Positions 50,986 to 64,000 of a DNA stretch of 64,000 bases are shown one piece after another. Below the pieces are notes generated by a model, which worked only from the letters and a program-made list of their open reading frames with translations, had not been told where the DNA came from and ran no database searches. Within the stretch, counting starts at the first letter, position 1, and every line of letters starts with the position of its first letter. A program made the position numbers and the translations under genes. Origin of the DNA: Octopus sinensis (Eukaryota); the NCBI RefSeq assembly GCF_006345805.1, contig NW_021832563.1:1-64000 (forward strand), read 5' to 3'.

Positions 50986-51964
50986 ACATACGCATACATA
51001 CAAACATACATACACACATACATACGTACATACGTACAAACATGCATACATACATATGCTTGGTTATACATGTACATTTATGTATGCATATATGTACATG
51101 TAAAATGCATGTGTGTGTTTGTATGTATGTATGTATGCATGTGTGTATGTATGTATGTGTACATGTATGCATGTGTGTATGTATGTGTGTATTATGTATC
51201 TGTGTGTGTGCGTATGTATGTGTTTGTATGTATGTCTATGTATGCATGTATGTATGCATGTGTGTATTATGTATCTGTGTGTATGTATGTGTTTGTATGT
51301 ATGCATGTATATGTGTTTGTATATATGGGTGTTTGTATATATGGGTGTTTGTATGTATGGATGGATGAATGGGTGTCAACTTGAAAAATTCAAACCTTTA
51401 TCTCTCCACATCCATTGATGTGTATATAATTCAAACCTTTTACTTAAATAATATACACCGTAGAAATGTAGGCTCCTATCAGAAAACACAAGTAATTGTA
51501 CAGGCATGAACATTAGACCCCCCCACCGCCATACATACATATATGCATACATGCTCACATATGGATACGTGATTGGATACATGCATATATACGCACACAT
51601 AAACAGACGTACGTATATATATATATATATATATACATCTGTAATATATATAAATGCGCATGTATATAGATATATATAGATGTGTGTATGTGTGTGTTTG
51701 TGCGTGTGTGTGTGTGTGAGTGTGTGTGCGTTTATTTACATATGTATACACGCATGCACACACTAACACGCGCATACACACAAACATATATAATTTGAAA
51801 AGACAGATGAGAAAGGAGAAAAAAAGGACGCATATCAGAGAATAAACGGGAATGAAAGGATGAGAGAAGCGAGAGACGAAAAGAGAACAAGATGGCGATT
51901 GTTGGAGTAGGAGAAAAGGCGGGAAACTCAGGAGCGATATTCAGAAGAAGAAGAAGACGAAGTG

Positions 51965-52032
<68 letters not shown>

Positions 52033-52472
52033 AGGAATACGAAGGGCGTGAAAGAGAGACTGATGCAACGGGGATGGTTGATTATGATGAATAAATTCAT
52101 TGAATATATCTGTGAATACAATTCGAAAATAAAAGCATGAGAACGCCTTAAACACTTGCGGAGACACAACTCCATGTGTCAACCAGCGTTCTAGCCCGGA
52201 TTACAGAAGCAGACAAATGTGTCTGTATATACGTGTGTTTGTGTATATATATGTATGTCGGTGTGTGTGTGTGCGTGTCTATATATATTAGCCAACTACA
52301 TATATACAACGTCATTTATCTCTACATATATGCATGTATGTATAAGTATTAGTGTACGGACGGATGTATGTAGGTGGTGGGTGTATGGGTGTATGCTTGT
52401 ATAAATGTAAGTAAATATATACATACATAATATATAAAATATATCTCTACATATATATAACAATATACATAC

Positions 52473-52503
<31 letters not shown>

Positions 52504-52623
52504 ATAAATATATATCTATATATATATATGCAGTTTAATAGATATGCAGCATGAATATATACAAATGTATACGCAGTGTATATATAAGCGTTATATATAT
52601 GCAATATATATATATTTATATAG

Positions 52624-52654
<31 letters not shown>

Positions 52655-52999
52655 ATATATATAAAATATATATATATATGCATATATATATATGTGTGTG
52701 TGTCTCTGTGTCTGTGTGTGTGTGTATATACACGCATCGCCCAGATAAATGAACAGCCAATTTGTAATAAGTATTGTCAAATGGTTTCTCATTAATGGAA
52801 ACATATAGGAAAAAAAACAACAAAACACATTTAATTAACATACATAGATACGTAAGACACACGTGCACATATATATAACATATACCTTTATATAGTTTCA
52901 TATACATACATATAAACTTAGATACATATACATTTATACATGTACATATATGTATGGATATATATATATATGCACACACACATATATATATATATATAT

Positions 53000-53065
<66 letters not shown>

Positions 53066-53432
53066 GTATTATGAGTATATGTATATATATGTACGTGTAT
53101 AAGCAGAGAGAACAAAAGGACTGCGATGGAAATATAAAACAATGAGCAGGTTGGTGGGGAGGCGGTTAGTTCCAAGAAATAGGTGAAGGACAGGGAGATG
53201 GTGCGAGGAATGGAGGTGGAGGTGTAAAGGAAGGTGGGGGAGAGAATGTCAGGGAGAAAGAGAGAGATGGAGGGAGAGAGGAGGGAAGGAAGAGAAAGTG
53301 AAAGTGAAAGGGAGAGAACGGGAAAGAGAGAGAGAGAGAGAGAGAAAGAGCGAGCGGTGGACAGATTGATTGTGACAATAGGTCTGACTGCTACGGATGT
53401 TTTCAATTAATAAACGCTTATAGAATATAATC

Positions 53433-53480
<48 letters not shown>

Positions 53481-53887
53481 GTGTGTGCTTGTGTGTGTAC
53501 ACATTATATATATATATATATATATACATACATATATATACAAATATATACATTATATATATGCATATATATATATATATATATATATATACATGAATAT
53601 ACACATATAAACATATATACATACATAAATACACACATATATATGTGTAAGTATATATATATATATATATAAATATGTGCATCTGTGTGTGTGTAACTCC
53701 CTTATGTGTACGTATATTTACATGCATGTGTACATGTAAATATATAGTGCTACAAATATATATACATTAACACATATATTTGTGTATATATATATGTATA
53801 TATATTATGTGTATTTATATATATAGATATATATATGTATATGTATGTATATATGCACATGAGCATGGATGTATATATATATATATT

Positions 53888-53933
<46 letters not shown>

Positions 53934-53938
53934 ATATA

Positions 53939-53980
<42 letters not shown>

Positions 53981-54719
53981 CATACACGTGTGAGTGTGTA
54001 TCTATATGTGGCTGTACCTGAGTCTATGCGTATGTTCGTGTGAGGAAAGACATTAAAAGTGATAGCAATAGAGAGAAAGAGACATGGAGCAAGATTGAGG
54101 AGGAAGAGATGAAGGGAAAGACAGCGAGAATAGGAGAGGGGGGAGAGAATGAAAGAAGCACAGCTTAACATAAACATAACGTGCAAAGTGACCAAATGAT
54201 AACGACACACACAGACACACACACACACACACGTATACATACATAGAGAAAGATAGAAAGAAAGAAATAGAGACGTTGACTGAATCAAAGCGTAAAATGA
54301 AGAATTTACCGAATTCTATGAAAAAGACATACTTGTAAAATATATTTATATTTTTACGAGATCAAAACGACGCTTCGTCGTTGCCTTAACAAAGGCCAAA
54401 AGATCTTTCGTTATGGCCTCTTTCAAGTGTAAACAACTTATTGCCATCTTTGATATCAAATATATAGTCTTCGCAAGCGTTCAGGTGTTTCCACACACCA
54501 ACACATGCAAGTCGTCATTCACGCAGCGACGCACACCATATTTACGTACGTATGAGTGTGTCTTTGCATGTGAGTATGTGTGTGTGTGTAATTTGGAATG
54601 CAAGTTGATGACTGTAAACAAGGAAAGAAAACAAAAACAAATTTTTTTTAGTTACTAAAGTGCAAAGGAGCAGAATATAACACGATGTTTAATTGAAGTT
54701 GGAAATTCAGAGACCTACT

Positions 54720-54743
54720 TACAGTAATAATAATAATAATAAC

Positions 54744-54777
<34 letters not shown>

Positions 54778-54807
54778 TAATAATAATAATAATATAATTA
54801 TTATTAT

Positions 54808-54853
<46 letters not shown>

Positions 54854-54881
54854 TTATAATAATAATAACAATGATGATGAA

Positions 54882-54932
<51 letters not shown>

Positions 54933-54984
54933 ATGATGATGATGATAATAATAATAATAATGATGATGATGATTGATGATGATG

Positions 54985-55031
<47 letters not shown>

Positions 55032-55055
55032 TATAATATAATAATAATAATAATA

Positions 55056-55090
<35 letters not shown>

Positions 55091-55163
55091 AATGATGTTG
55101 ATGTTGATGAAGATGATGATGATAATAATAATAATAATAATTATAATAATAATGATAGTAATA

Positions 55164-55194
<31 letters not shown>

Positions 55195-55250
55195 TGATAG
55201 TAATAATAGTAATAATAATAATAATAATAATAGTAATAATGATAGTAATA

Positions 55251-55314
<64 letters not shown>

Positions 55315-55328
55315 TAACAATAATAATA

Positions 55329-55361
<33 letters not shown>

Positions 55362-55390
55362 TTGATGATGATGATGATGATAGAAATAAT
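54720..55390. repeat. (AAT)n/(GAT)n/(AGT)n tract
   Basis: Directly visible. Confidence 0.95.
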
Positions 55391-55756
55391 AATACATTCT
55401 TGGTTTGAATTAATACATACTCATGCACGCATGCACGCACGAACCCACAAGCACACACACACACACACAACACACGCACACATACATACATATGCACGAT
55501 AAATTTAAAGTTCTCAAAAAGGAGAGCTATATTGTGTGAGTGTATGTATATCGTGTGTGTGTGTATGCACATATATCTCTGTGTGTTTGTGTTCGTGTGT
55601 TTGCGTGTAAATGCATGTGCGTTTGTGCGTGTACCTCATGTAATCTTGTTAGTATTCCAGTAAAACGTAGGAAATTAACTATATTCAAGTCAGTGGTGTT
55701 TGTCAATTTTATGTTGAAGTCACTAAAAGTGTTGACTCTCTTCTCTATTTCGCCAG

Positions 55757-56072
55757 GATCGCATAGTAATAACTGACTCTCCGTCGGTTACGACGACAAT
55801 GGTTTTAATTAATACAATCTACGGAAGAACCTGCTCATAAAATTAACATGCAAGTGGCTGAGTACTCCAAAGACATGTGTACCCTTAACGTCGTTCTCGG
55901 GGAGATTCAGCGTGACACAGAATATGAAAAACCAGACCTTTTAAAACACAGACTGAACTGGAGCAACGTGAAGTAAAATATCTTGTTGAAGGGCACAATG
56001 CGCCATCAGGTATCGATCTCACGACTTTACGATCGTTAGGCGAATACCCTAGGCACTAAGCCACGCACCTTC
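55757..56072 (-). mobile_element. tRNA-derived SINE family D
   Basis: Minus strand: GGTGCGTGGCTTAGTG (box A), GAGATCGATACC (degenerate box B), then body. Confidence 0.75.
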
Positions 56073-56286
56073 ACTCGCGTACTCATACGACTGTCCGTCG
56101 TCTCCGTTAGACCCGATTTTATATTTATGAATATTTTCCAAAATTTGTCGGGGAAATACATAACTATGAGTTTTATATATCTCTTCATTTTCGAACAATT
56201 GTCCGATAACGAGAAAACGATTTGGTTATATGATTTCTTTAAATCCAGGAATACTTTCTGTTAATAATTAAAATTTCTTTGTGGGT

Positions 56287-56490
56287 GTCGAGCTGGCAGA
56301 ATCATTAGCACGCCGGACAAAGTACGTAGCGGCGTTTCGCCCGTCTTTCCGTCCTCTGTTCAAATTCAGCCAAACTCGACTTGCCTTTTATCCTTTCTGG
56401 GTCGATAAAATAGGTACCAGTGGAGTACTGGGGTCAATGTAATCGACTTACTCCTTCCTCCGAAAATGGTTCCTTGGGCCAAAATTTGAG
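56287..56490 (+). mobile_element. SINE family C, degraded
   Basis: gagctggcagaatcattagcacgccgg head and core. Confidence 0.8.
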
Positions 56491-57079
56491 TCAAGACTAT
56501 TGAAAAGGTTGCAAGACGCAACGAAAATTTTAGGAGAATAAAAATAAGAAATAAGTGGAAATTTTACCGGTGCGTGTGTTAAATCATAAGGCACAAAAAG
56601 AAAATGACTCTCCCCAGACACAACAGGATATCTCTATCATTATCATATATCTAGGAAAAGTCTCGATTGTTGTTGGCGATTGAGGGATAATATTCGACAA
56701 TATTATATGGAATAGATTTGAATTAAAAGAAAGGGAACAGAACCCACCAGATAATGTAGTTCTAATTATTTCTAAAACAAAGACGTGATGGCCACGACTG
56801 GAATGTCTATAATTTTTTGTCCTTTCGATTAATGTTGACGAATAAGGCAAATTGTTATGATCCATCACTGAACCTTCTAAAAACAAGAGCTAAATTTTCC
56901 TCAAATCATATCCTGCCATCTTAAATAGGAAAGGACAAAATGGCCGATGTATTCCCGAGTATACAAAAAGTGGGGATCGTCACGGGTGTAACGTATTTGA
57001 CAATGTAAGGAATATCTTAAAACCTTAACCATTAGGAGCACCGCTGCCATCAGTTCTACTATCAGCACCAGAACAAGCA

Positions 57080-58054
57080 CCACCACCACCACCACCACCA
57101 CCACCACCACCACCACCACCACCACCACCACCACCACCAACAGCATCACCATCACCATCACCACCACACCACCACCACAGCTACTATTACAGACACTATC
57201 GCCGTTGTCTCCAATACCACAGCCGCCACCGCCGCCGCCGCCACCACCACCATCATCACCACCACCACCACCACCACCACCACAACCACCACCACCATAA
57301 CCACTACCACCACCACCACTACCACCATAACCACCACACCACCACCACCACTACCACCATAACCACCACCACCACCACCACCACCATAACACCACCCACC
57401 ACCACCCCACCACCACCACCACCCACCACCATCACCACCACCACCACCATCACCACCATCACCACCATCCACCACCACCACCACCCCACCACCACCATCA
57501 CCACCACCACCAACACCACCACCACCACCACCACACCACCACTACCACCATAACCACCACCACCACCACCACCATAACCACCACCACCACCACCACCACC
57601 ACCACCATAACCACCACCACCACCACCACCACCATAACCACCACCACCACCACCACCACCATAACCACCACCACCACCACCACCACCATCACCATCACCA
57701 CCACCACCACCATCACCACTGCTATGACTCTACTGCAATGCTGACAAGAACAGCAACAACAAGACTGGCAAGAACAGCAACAACAATATCAATTATGAAC
57801 GAGAGCGAGAACAATTATAAGCACAACAACATCGAGAACGAAGCTAACATTAACAACAACAATTACATTACTATCGACGGTAACGACTTCAACGTACACT
57901 ACTACTACTACTGTTACGGCAATAGCAACTAAAACAACCACTACAAAAGCATCATCATCATCATTGCCGTCATGAAGAACAACGAGTGCAACAACTAAAA
58001 CAATAAAACATCATCATCGTCATCATCACCGTCATCATCGACATTATCAACATT

Positions 58055-58090
<36 letters not shown>

Positions 58091-58510
58091 GTCATCATTA
58101 CTACCACCACCACCACCACCACCACCACCACCATCATCATCATCGTCATCACATTATCATCATCGTCATCATCATCATCATTATCATCATCGTCATCATC
58201 ATCAACATCATCGTCATCATCATCGTCATCATTACCACCACCACTACCACCACCATACATACCACCACCACCATATCATCATCGTCATCATCTTCATCAT
58301 CATCGTCATCATCATCATCGTCATCATCTTCATCATCGTCATCATTATCATCGTCATCATCGTCATCATCTTCATCATCATCATTATCATAATCGTCATC
58401 ATCATCATCTTCGTCGTCGTCGTCGTCGTCGTCATCGTCAGTAAGAACGACGTGAAAAGCAACAACAAGAAGCATGACCGTAACAACAACAACAGCAACA
58501 ACAACAACAA
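57080..58510. repeat. (ACC)n and (ATC)n tracts
   Basis: Directly visible. Confidence 0.95.
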
Positions 58511-59094
58511 ATTAATATTTGATAAATTTCCGGTCTGCGTTTTCTGCTCAATTACGGGAGGAGCACTTGAATGAATCTATCACCAAGCAAGTTTCGTTGG
58601 TTAATAAGCAGTGTTGCAGGACTGTAGCAATTAGTATAGTAATGGCAGGGACGAACAGACAGACAGCTCTAAATGAACAGCATCGATCGGGGATGGTGGT
58701 GGAAGTGGCGGCGGTGGTGGAGGAGTTCGTCGTCGTTGCGATGATGGTGGTGTTGGTGGTGTTGGTGATGGAGGGGGTGGTTATGGTGGTGGCGTTGGTG
58801 ATGGTTGTTCGGGGTGGGGATGAGAGTGGTGGTGACGATGAGGTGGTCTGTGTTGGTCGTGGTAGTAGTGGCGGTAGTGGTGATAGTGGCGTTGATTGCG
58901 GTGATGATGATGGTGGGGGTGATGGTGGTGTTGGTGATGGTGGCGTTGACGGTTGTTGTGGTGGGCGCGATGTTGGTGATTGTGGTTGTTGTTGGTGGTG
59001 GTTGTGATGATGATGATGATGATGACGGTAGTGATGTTGATGGAAGTGGTGGTGGTGGTGCTCGTGGTGGTTGATGCCGTAGTGGTATTGGTGA

Positions 59095-59710
59095 TGGGAT
59101 TGTGGGGTGTGGGATGGAGGGAAGAGGGTGTGGGAGGGCACGGGGAATGGAGAGTGTGAAAGAGAAAGAGAGAGAGAGGGGGAGAAGGATGCTGACATGG
59201 ACTGAGATTTAGAGACAAGGAAAGACAAGAGGTGGAAAGGAGAGGAAGAAGCGAAGGAGAGGGAAAATAGGGAGAAGGGAGTAAGGGACAGGTCAAGGTG
59301 AGAGAGGGGAAGGGAGAGATAGAAAAGAAACACGGGGAGAAGGGCAGAAAGAGAAAGAAAGAGAGAAAGAGAGAGAGGGTGAGAGGGAGAGATGAAGAGA
59401 AAGAAAGAGAGGTAGGGAAACGGAAGGAAACGGAGAAAGGAAAGATAGATAGATAGATAGATAGACAGACAGAGGACAGACATATAGATAGATATATTGA
59501 TGGATAGAAAGACAGACGAACAGGCAAACAGAGAGACAGATTTGATAGCTAGATAGAAAGATAGGTACAGAGAGAGACAGAGAGATAAAGGAGGAGAAGC
59601 AAAAGGAGGAGGAGGAAGGGGGGAGAAGGAAGGGGAGGAGAAGGAGGAGGGGGAGTAGAAGAAGAGATGCAGTATGAGGAAATTATGGATTTAAAGAGAG
59701 AAAGAAGAAA
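59095..59710. repeat. Polypurine (GA-rich) and (GATA)n tract
   Basis: Directly visible; explains the S/L/P-rich minus-strand ORFs 58548..59483 and 58781..59527. Confidence 0.9.
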
Positions 59711-60546
59711 AAGAACGACTGAGGGCAAAGTTCATGCACACATACATACTTACAAACTCACGCCAACACACGCATACACACATATCTATACACACACCCA
59801 CACGTAGATACGCATGCAATACACACACAAACACACACAAGCACACATCAATACACATATACGAACACACACACACACACACATGAACATACACTCATAC
59901 ACACAAACACATGCAGACATAATTATTTTATTTGAAATTAATTGATTAAAAATATTCTAATTACTAGAGTTCATGAAAATTATTCTCAAAAGTAGCCAGG
60001 GGAGATAACGCATTCCACAGAACACATTCATTCTAAATGAGAGGCATAGCTGTCTGGATAACAAGCTCGCTTTCAACCACGTGGTTTTGGCTTCAGCTCC
60101 CCCGTGCAGCATTTTCTATAATTACCTTATAATATAACACCGAGTCGACAAATGACTAAACAGAAAATTAGGTAACCGGAAATTATGTGGAATCCCGTTG
60201 TGCATATATGTATATATATATATATATTGCTTCAGCATGGGCGCAGAGAAATCACTGAAACAAACAAGAGAACACACACACACACGCACACGCCCACACA
60301 CACATACACACACATACACGCCCACCCACACACATATATAAAATTATTAAATAGTGTAATACAGTGGTATTTAATGTTCTTCTTACAGGTATAATGAAAT
60401 TTTTTTACGTTCGCCACCCGCTGACATTTTGCCAGTATATATGTATATATACACACAGTGAAGCATTACTATAACATCGTATATTATCGACTGCTATTTC
60501 CAGTAAATATTGAATCATTGTTGTACCACTATCATATATATATATA

Positions 60547-60790
60547 TATATATGTATCCGTTGTCTGTGTGTGTGTCTTCTAGGATCTCGGGCATCCTCC
60601 ATCCGATTTTGCTCAAATTTGATATGTAGATACCGACGTTATCAGTGCAAGTATAAGTCTTGAAAAAATTACAAAAATCGATTCCAGGTGAGAATGCGAT
60701 CGATAAAACCGTGGGAACGTGCATTTGTAAAATCGTTTTCCTTGGAATAGAAAAAAGGCTATCGTTATTTCTCCTTTTGCCGGTGTCTCA
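60547..60790 (+). mobile_element. Helitron-like non-autonomous element, partial
   Basis: (TG) tract then ccgattttgctcaaatttg, a layout similar to 19151-19534; ends not resolved. Confidence 0.4.
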
Positions 60791-61080
60791 AATTTAGGTT
60801 AAATCAGTGTTTCTCAAAAGGGAGGCCTATGGGACGGTCGGACAAGTAGCGTTGAGAAAATTTGGTTAACATTTTTGACAATTCAGCACCGTCCATTGGA
60901 CGGTGGGGGGGGGGGCGCGTTTTGCTCGTATCTACATATTTATATAAATTTAAAGGCCGACTTATTAGCAATTAAACCCTAAAGGCAAAAGTAATTTAGG
61001 TCACAAAAGTGATAGTGGGTACTAGAGTTAAGACAGCTCCAGAAGCTACAAAATAGTTGAACTTACTGATTTAAGTCGCT

Positions 61081-61261
61081 AGCGTACATAGTCGGATCGT
61101 GATGTCGGATTTTGATGTAGACCATATTAATTCCCATCAGCGACCCTTAACGCCTAGGATTAAACTCAACTGCTTCGGTCAGTCTTGTAAGAAAAACCGT
61201 TGAAAATATGCGCAAGATAGTCTACATCAAAATCTGAAATTGCGATCCAACTATGCACGCT
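61081..61261. mobile_element. MITE with ~42-bp imperfect TIRs
   Basis: agcgtacatagtcggatcgtgatgtcggattttgatgtagac / gtctacatcaaaatctgaaattgcgatccaactatgcacgct. Confidence 0.8.
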
Positions 61262-61381
61262 GGGGACTTACCTCCCTTTATCAATCATGAACTTCTGTAC
61301 TTTTGTGGCTTTTGGAGTTGTTTTAACTCTTATTTTTAGCAAAATAGTTGCTAGACAGTACCCTCTGATACTTTTGTGACA

Positions 61382-61413
<32 letters not shown>

Positions 61414-61480
61414 CATACATACTGGGCCGTTGAACTGTACAAGTGTTTTTTCTTATTTTCTCTCTGTTTATTTTCTCTTA

Positions 61481-61600
61481 TTCCTTTCTGTTGAAGAGCG
61501 TAAGCTCGAAATGCAAAAGACTTTTTCATTTTTCCCGAGCATCGAACTAATACACTTGCTTTTTGTTCACACACCTGTCTTCGTTGTTTGTTTTTTCCAT
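61481..61600 (+). mobile_element. Repeat with minimal hammerhead-like motif, copy 2 (more decayed)
   Basis: CTGTTGA-A-GAGC-GTAA-GCTC-GAAATGCA; homologous to 7220-7330. Confidence 0.55.
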
Positions 61601-61609
61601 AAATTTCAA

Positions 61610-61680
<71 letters not shown>

Positions 61681-61703
61681 ATATGTATATATATATATGT
61701 ATA

Positions 61704-61743
<40 letters not shown>

Positions 61744-62802
61744 GTGTGTGTATATATATATACATATATATGCATATCTATATCTATAGACACTCACACC
61801 TCATACACACACAAACACACACACACATATATATGTATGCCTATATGTATATATCATCTGTGTTTGCCATCCCATCCCGTCATCACTTGACTACCGCTGT
61901 TGGCTCGTTTATGTTCCCCTAACTTAATGGTTTCACAAACGCGATCGATAGAATGAGTACCAGACATAAAAATAACAGAAACAAAGCTAAGTACTGAGGT
62001 GCCCCAGTATGGCCGCAGTGAAAGGGCTGAAACACGTAAGGCATACCACAGTAGTGATGGGTGGAGAGAAAGTTGAACATGATTGTGAGCTAGAGGAATA
62101 ATTCAGAACATGTTTCTGCCTAATAGACCCTTCTTAGTGAAACCCAGTCCACTTAATAGCTTCGGAGTTCTCGAAATAAGTAATTAAAGAACATTCAAAG
62201 ATTGGACAAATTAGGATAATGGTACAGGGAAATTTCTCACCGGGGTTCTCTGCATTGAAAAGCATGTCGCTAAGTGCAGGTTAACATTGTTAATATGTTG
62301 AGCTGGAATAATTTATGAATTGATCAACTGATATTTTCGCCAAAATTCGATAACGAGTAAAACCTCATGAGCGTTATGTTGTTCCGTTGGTGCGTTGTTG
62401 GTTGAGCTGTTGATGCATAAAACCCAAGTGTGTACATCTATTTACATAAGAATCTCAGATGGAAAATCTTCGGAATGTCTTACAATTGTTCACTGCGACA
62501 TTAATAGATTGGATTCAGAGAACCCGCGCCAGATTAGTTTGCTATTTCTCCGTGAAACCAAGATTTTTCAAGGTTTTTGTGAAAAGGTACAGACGAGAAT
62601 TCATAGTCAGAGTACAAGAGCTGCAAGTTCAGCATTAATTCAACATAACTGTTCTGTTTTTCAGGGACTTTTGACGGTTTCTAACCTAGATTCAACCTAG
62701 ATTGCAGAGGGCAGCCACACAGCAGACATGTTAGAACTGTGAGCATGTATGTATGCATGTATGTATATATGTATCATTGTATGTGTGTATGTATGCATTC
62801 TT

Positions 62803-63208
62803 TTATCCTTTTATTTGTTACAGTCGTTTTGACTGCGGCCATGTTGGAGCACCGACTTTATTCGAGCAAGTCGAACCCAGGACTTATTCTTTGTAAGCCT
62901 AGTACTTATTCTATCGGACTACTTTACCGAACCGCTACTTTACGGGGACTTAAACACACCAGCAGCAGTTTTCAAGCTGTGTTGAGGGGGGGGGGGCAAA
63001 CACAGGCGCACAATCATACACCCCACACGCAAACATATATACACGACAGGCTTCTTTCAGTTTCCTTCTACTAAATTCACTCACAAGGCTTTGGTCGGCT
63101 TGAGGCTATAGTAGAAGACACTTGCCCAAGCTGCTACGTAGTGGGACTGAACCGGGAACCATGTGATTTGTAAGCAAGCTAGTTACCACGCAGCCACTCT
63201 TGCGCCTA
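62803..63208 (-). mobile_element. SINE family B
   Basis: Reverse complement of 27157-27563. Confidence 0.88.
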
Positions 63209-63264
63209 TATGTATGTATATATGTATGTTTGGTGTGTGTTTGTTTGTGTGTGTGTGTATGTAC

Positions 63265-63305
<41 letters not shown>

Positions 63306-63356
63306 ATATGTGTATCTATATATGTGCATATGTTGCGTCTATAAGTAAACATCTAG

Positions 63357-63440
<84 letters not shown>

Positions 63441-63441
<1 letters not shown>

Positions 63442-63490
63442 GAGATCTGATCAATAAGTATCCGGACTATTGCCATAGTAACGAAGCGTG
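63441..63490 (+). mobile_element. mariner TIR fragment
   Basis: TACGAGATCTGATCAATAAGTATCCGGACT resembles mariner terminal sequence. Confidence 0.5.
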
Positions 63491-63796
63491 TATGTGTGCG
63501 TATTAAAGTATGTATGTATGTATGTATGAATGTAGGTAGGTAGGTGGGCAGATAGATAGAAAGATGAGCAGATGGCTAGAGAGATAGATAAATACATAGA
63601 TCGATCGATTGACAGAAAAATAGGTAGATAGATCGATCGATCGAACGATCGATAAATAGATAGGCAAATAGCTATGATGCATGAGATAAATAGATAGATG
63701 GATGGATAGATGGATACGTAAGAAGATAGACCGTCAGTACTATGGACAGAGAGATAGATAAATAGACATATATATATATATGCATATATATATATA

Positions 63797-63848
<52 letters not shown>

Positions 63849-63870
63849 ATTGGTGAATTGAAGAAATGGA

Positions 63871-64000
63871 GCTGAACGCAGATTGAACAGAAATCGTTTT
63901 ATTTCATTCTACACGTGTTTCGAAAGGCACTTGGTAATTTGTGCCTTTCGAAACACGTGTAGAATGAAATAAAACGATTTCTGTTCAATCTGCGTTCAGC
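63871..64000. repeat. Perfect inverted repeat, 60-bp arms and 10-nt loop (may extend past the window end)
   Basis: 63941-64000 is the exact reverse complement of 63871-63930; loop TTGGTAATTT. Confidence 0.97.

Noticed and set aside
56584-56886. 100-aa minus-strand ORF in unique sequence
   Set aside because: No recognisable motif and no clear splice signals; a length expected by chance.
59095-59710. H-DNA or triplex function of the polypurine tract
   Set aside because: Such tracts are common throughout this window; nothing marks this one as functional.
60804-60870. hAT-like terminus CAGTGTTTCTCAA
   Set aside because: No matching opposite TIR or 8-bp TSD was found, so it was not called.

Overview
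AT-rich animal genomic DNA with no confidently identifiable host protein-coding gene. It is dominated by microsatellites and retroelement/DNA-transposon remnants. The SINE families and microsatellite density look like a coleoid cephalopod, probably Octopus (inference, not checked). Almost all ORFs in the supplied track are microsatellite artefacts. Recognisable elements: a near full-length degenerate Tx1/L1-clade LINE (12.9-18.7 kb, minus strand); five 3' fragments of R4/Dong-type REL-endonuclease retroelements sitting in (AAT)n tracts; I-group and RTE LINE fragments; at least four tRNA-derived SINE families; non-autonomous Helitrons; several Tc1/mariner relics and MITEs. The top finding is a head-to-tail trimer of a ~560-bp non-coding unit (47661-49343), inserted in (TA)n. 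Each unit carries a type I hammerhead ribozyme fold (CUGACGA...GAAA...GUA; copy 3 has a C3U change), which matches a retrozyme (circular-RNA retroelement) architecture. Several other hammerhead-bearing, Penelope-like families also occur. Secondary findings: the Tx1 LINE 3' tail matches the tail of a SINE family at 22/23 nt (candidate LINE/SINE partner pair), REL elements appear to target (AAT)n in a strand-specific way, and there are a few promoter- or splice-like islands. All analysis was by eye. Coordinates of degraded repeats are approximate, and many 1-nt indels may be long-read errors.
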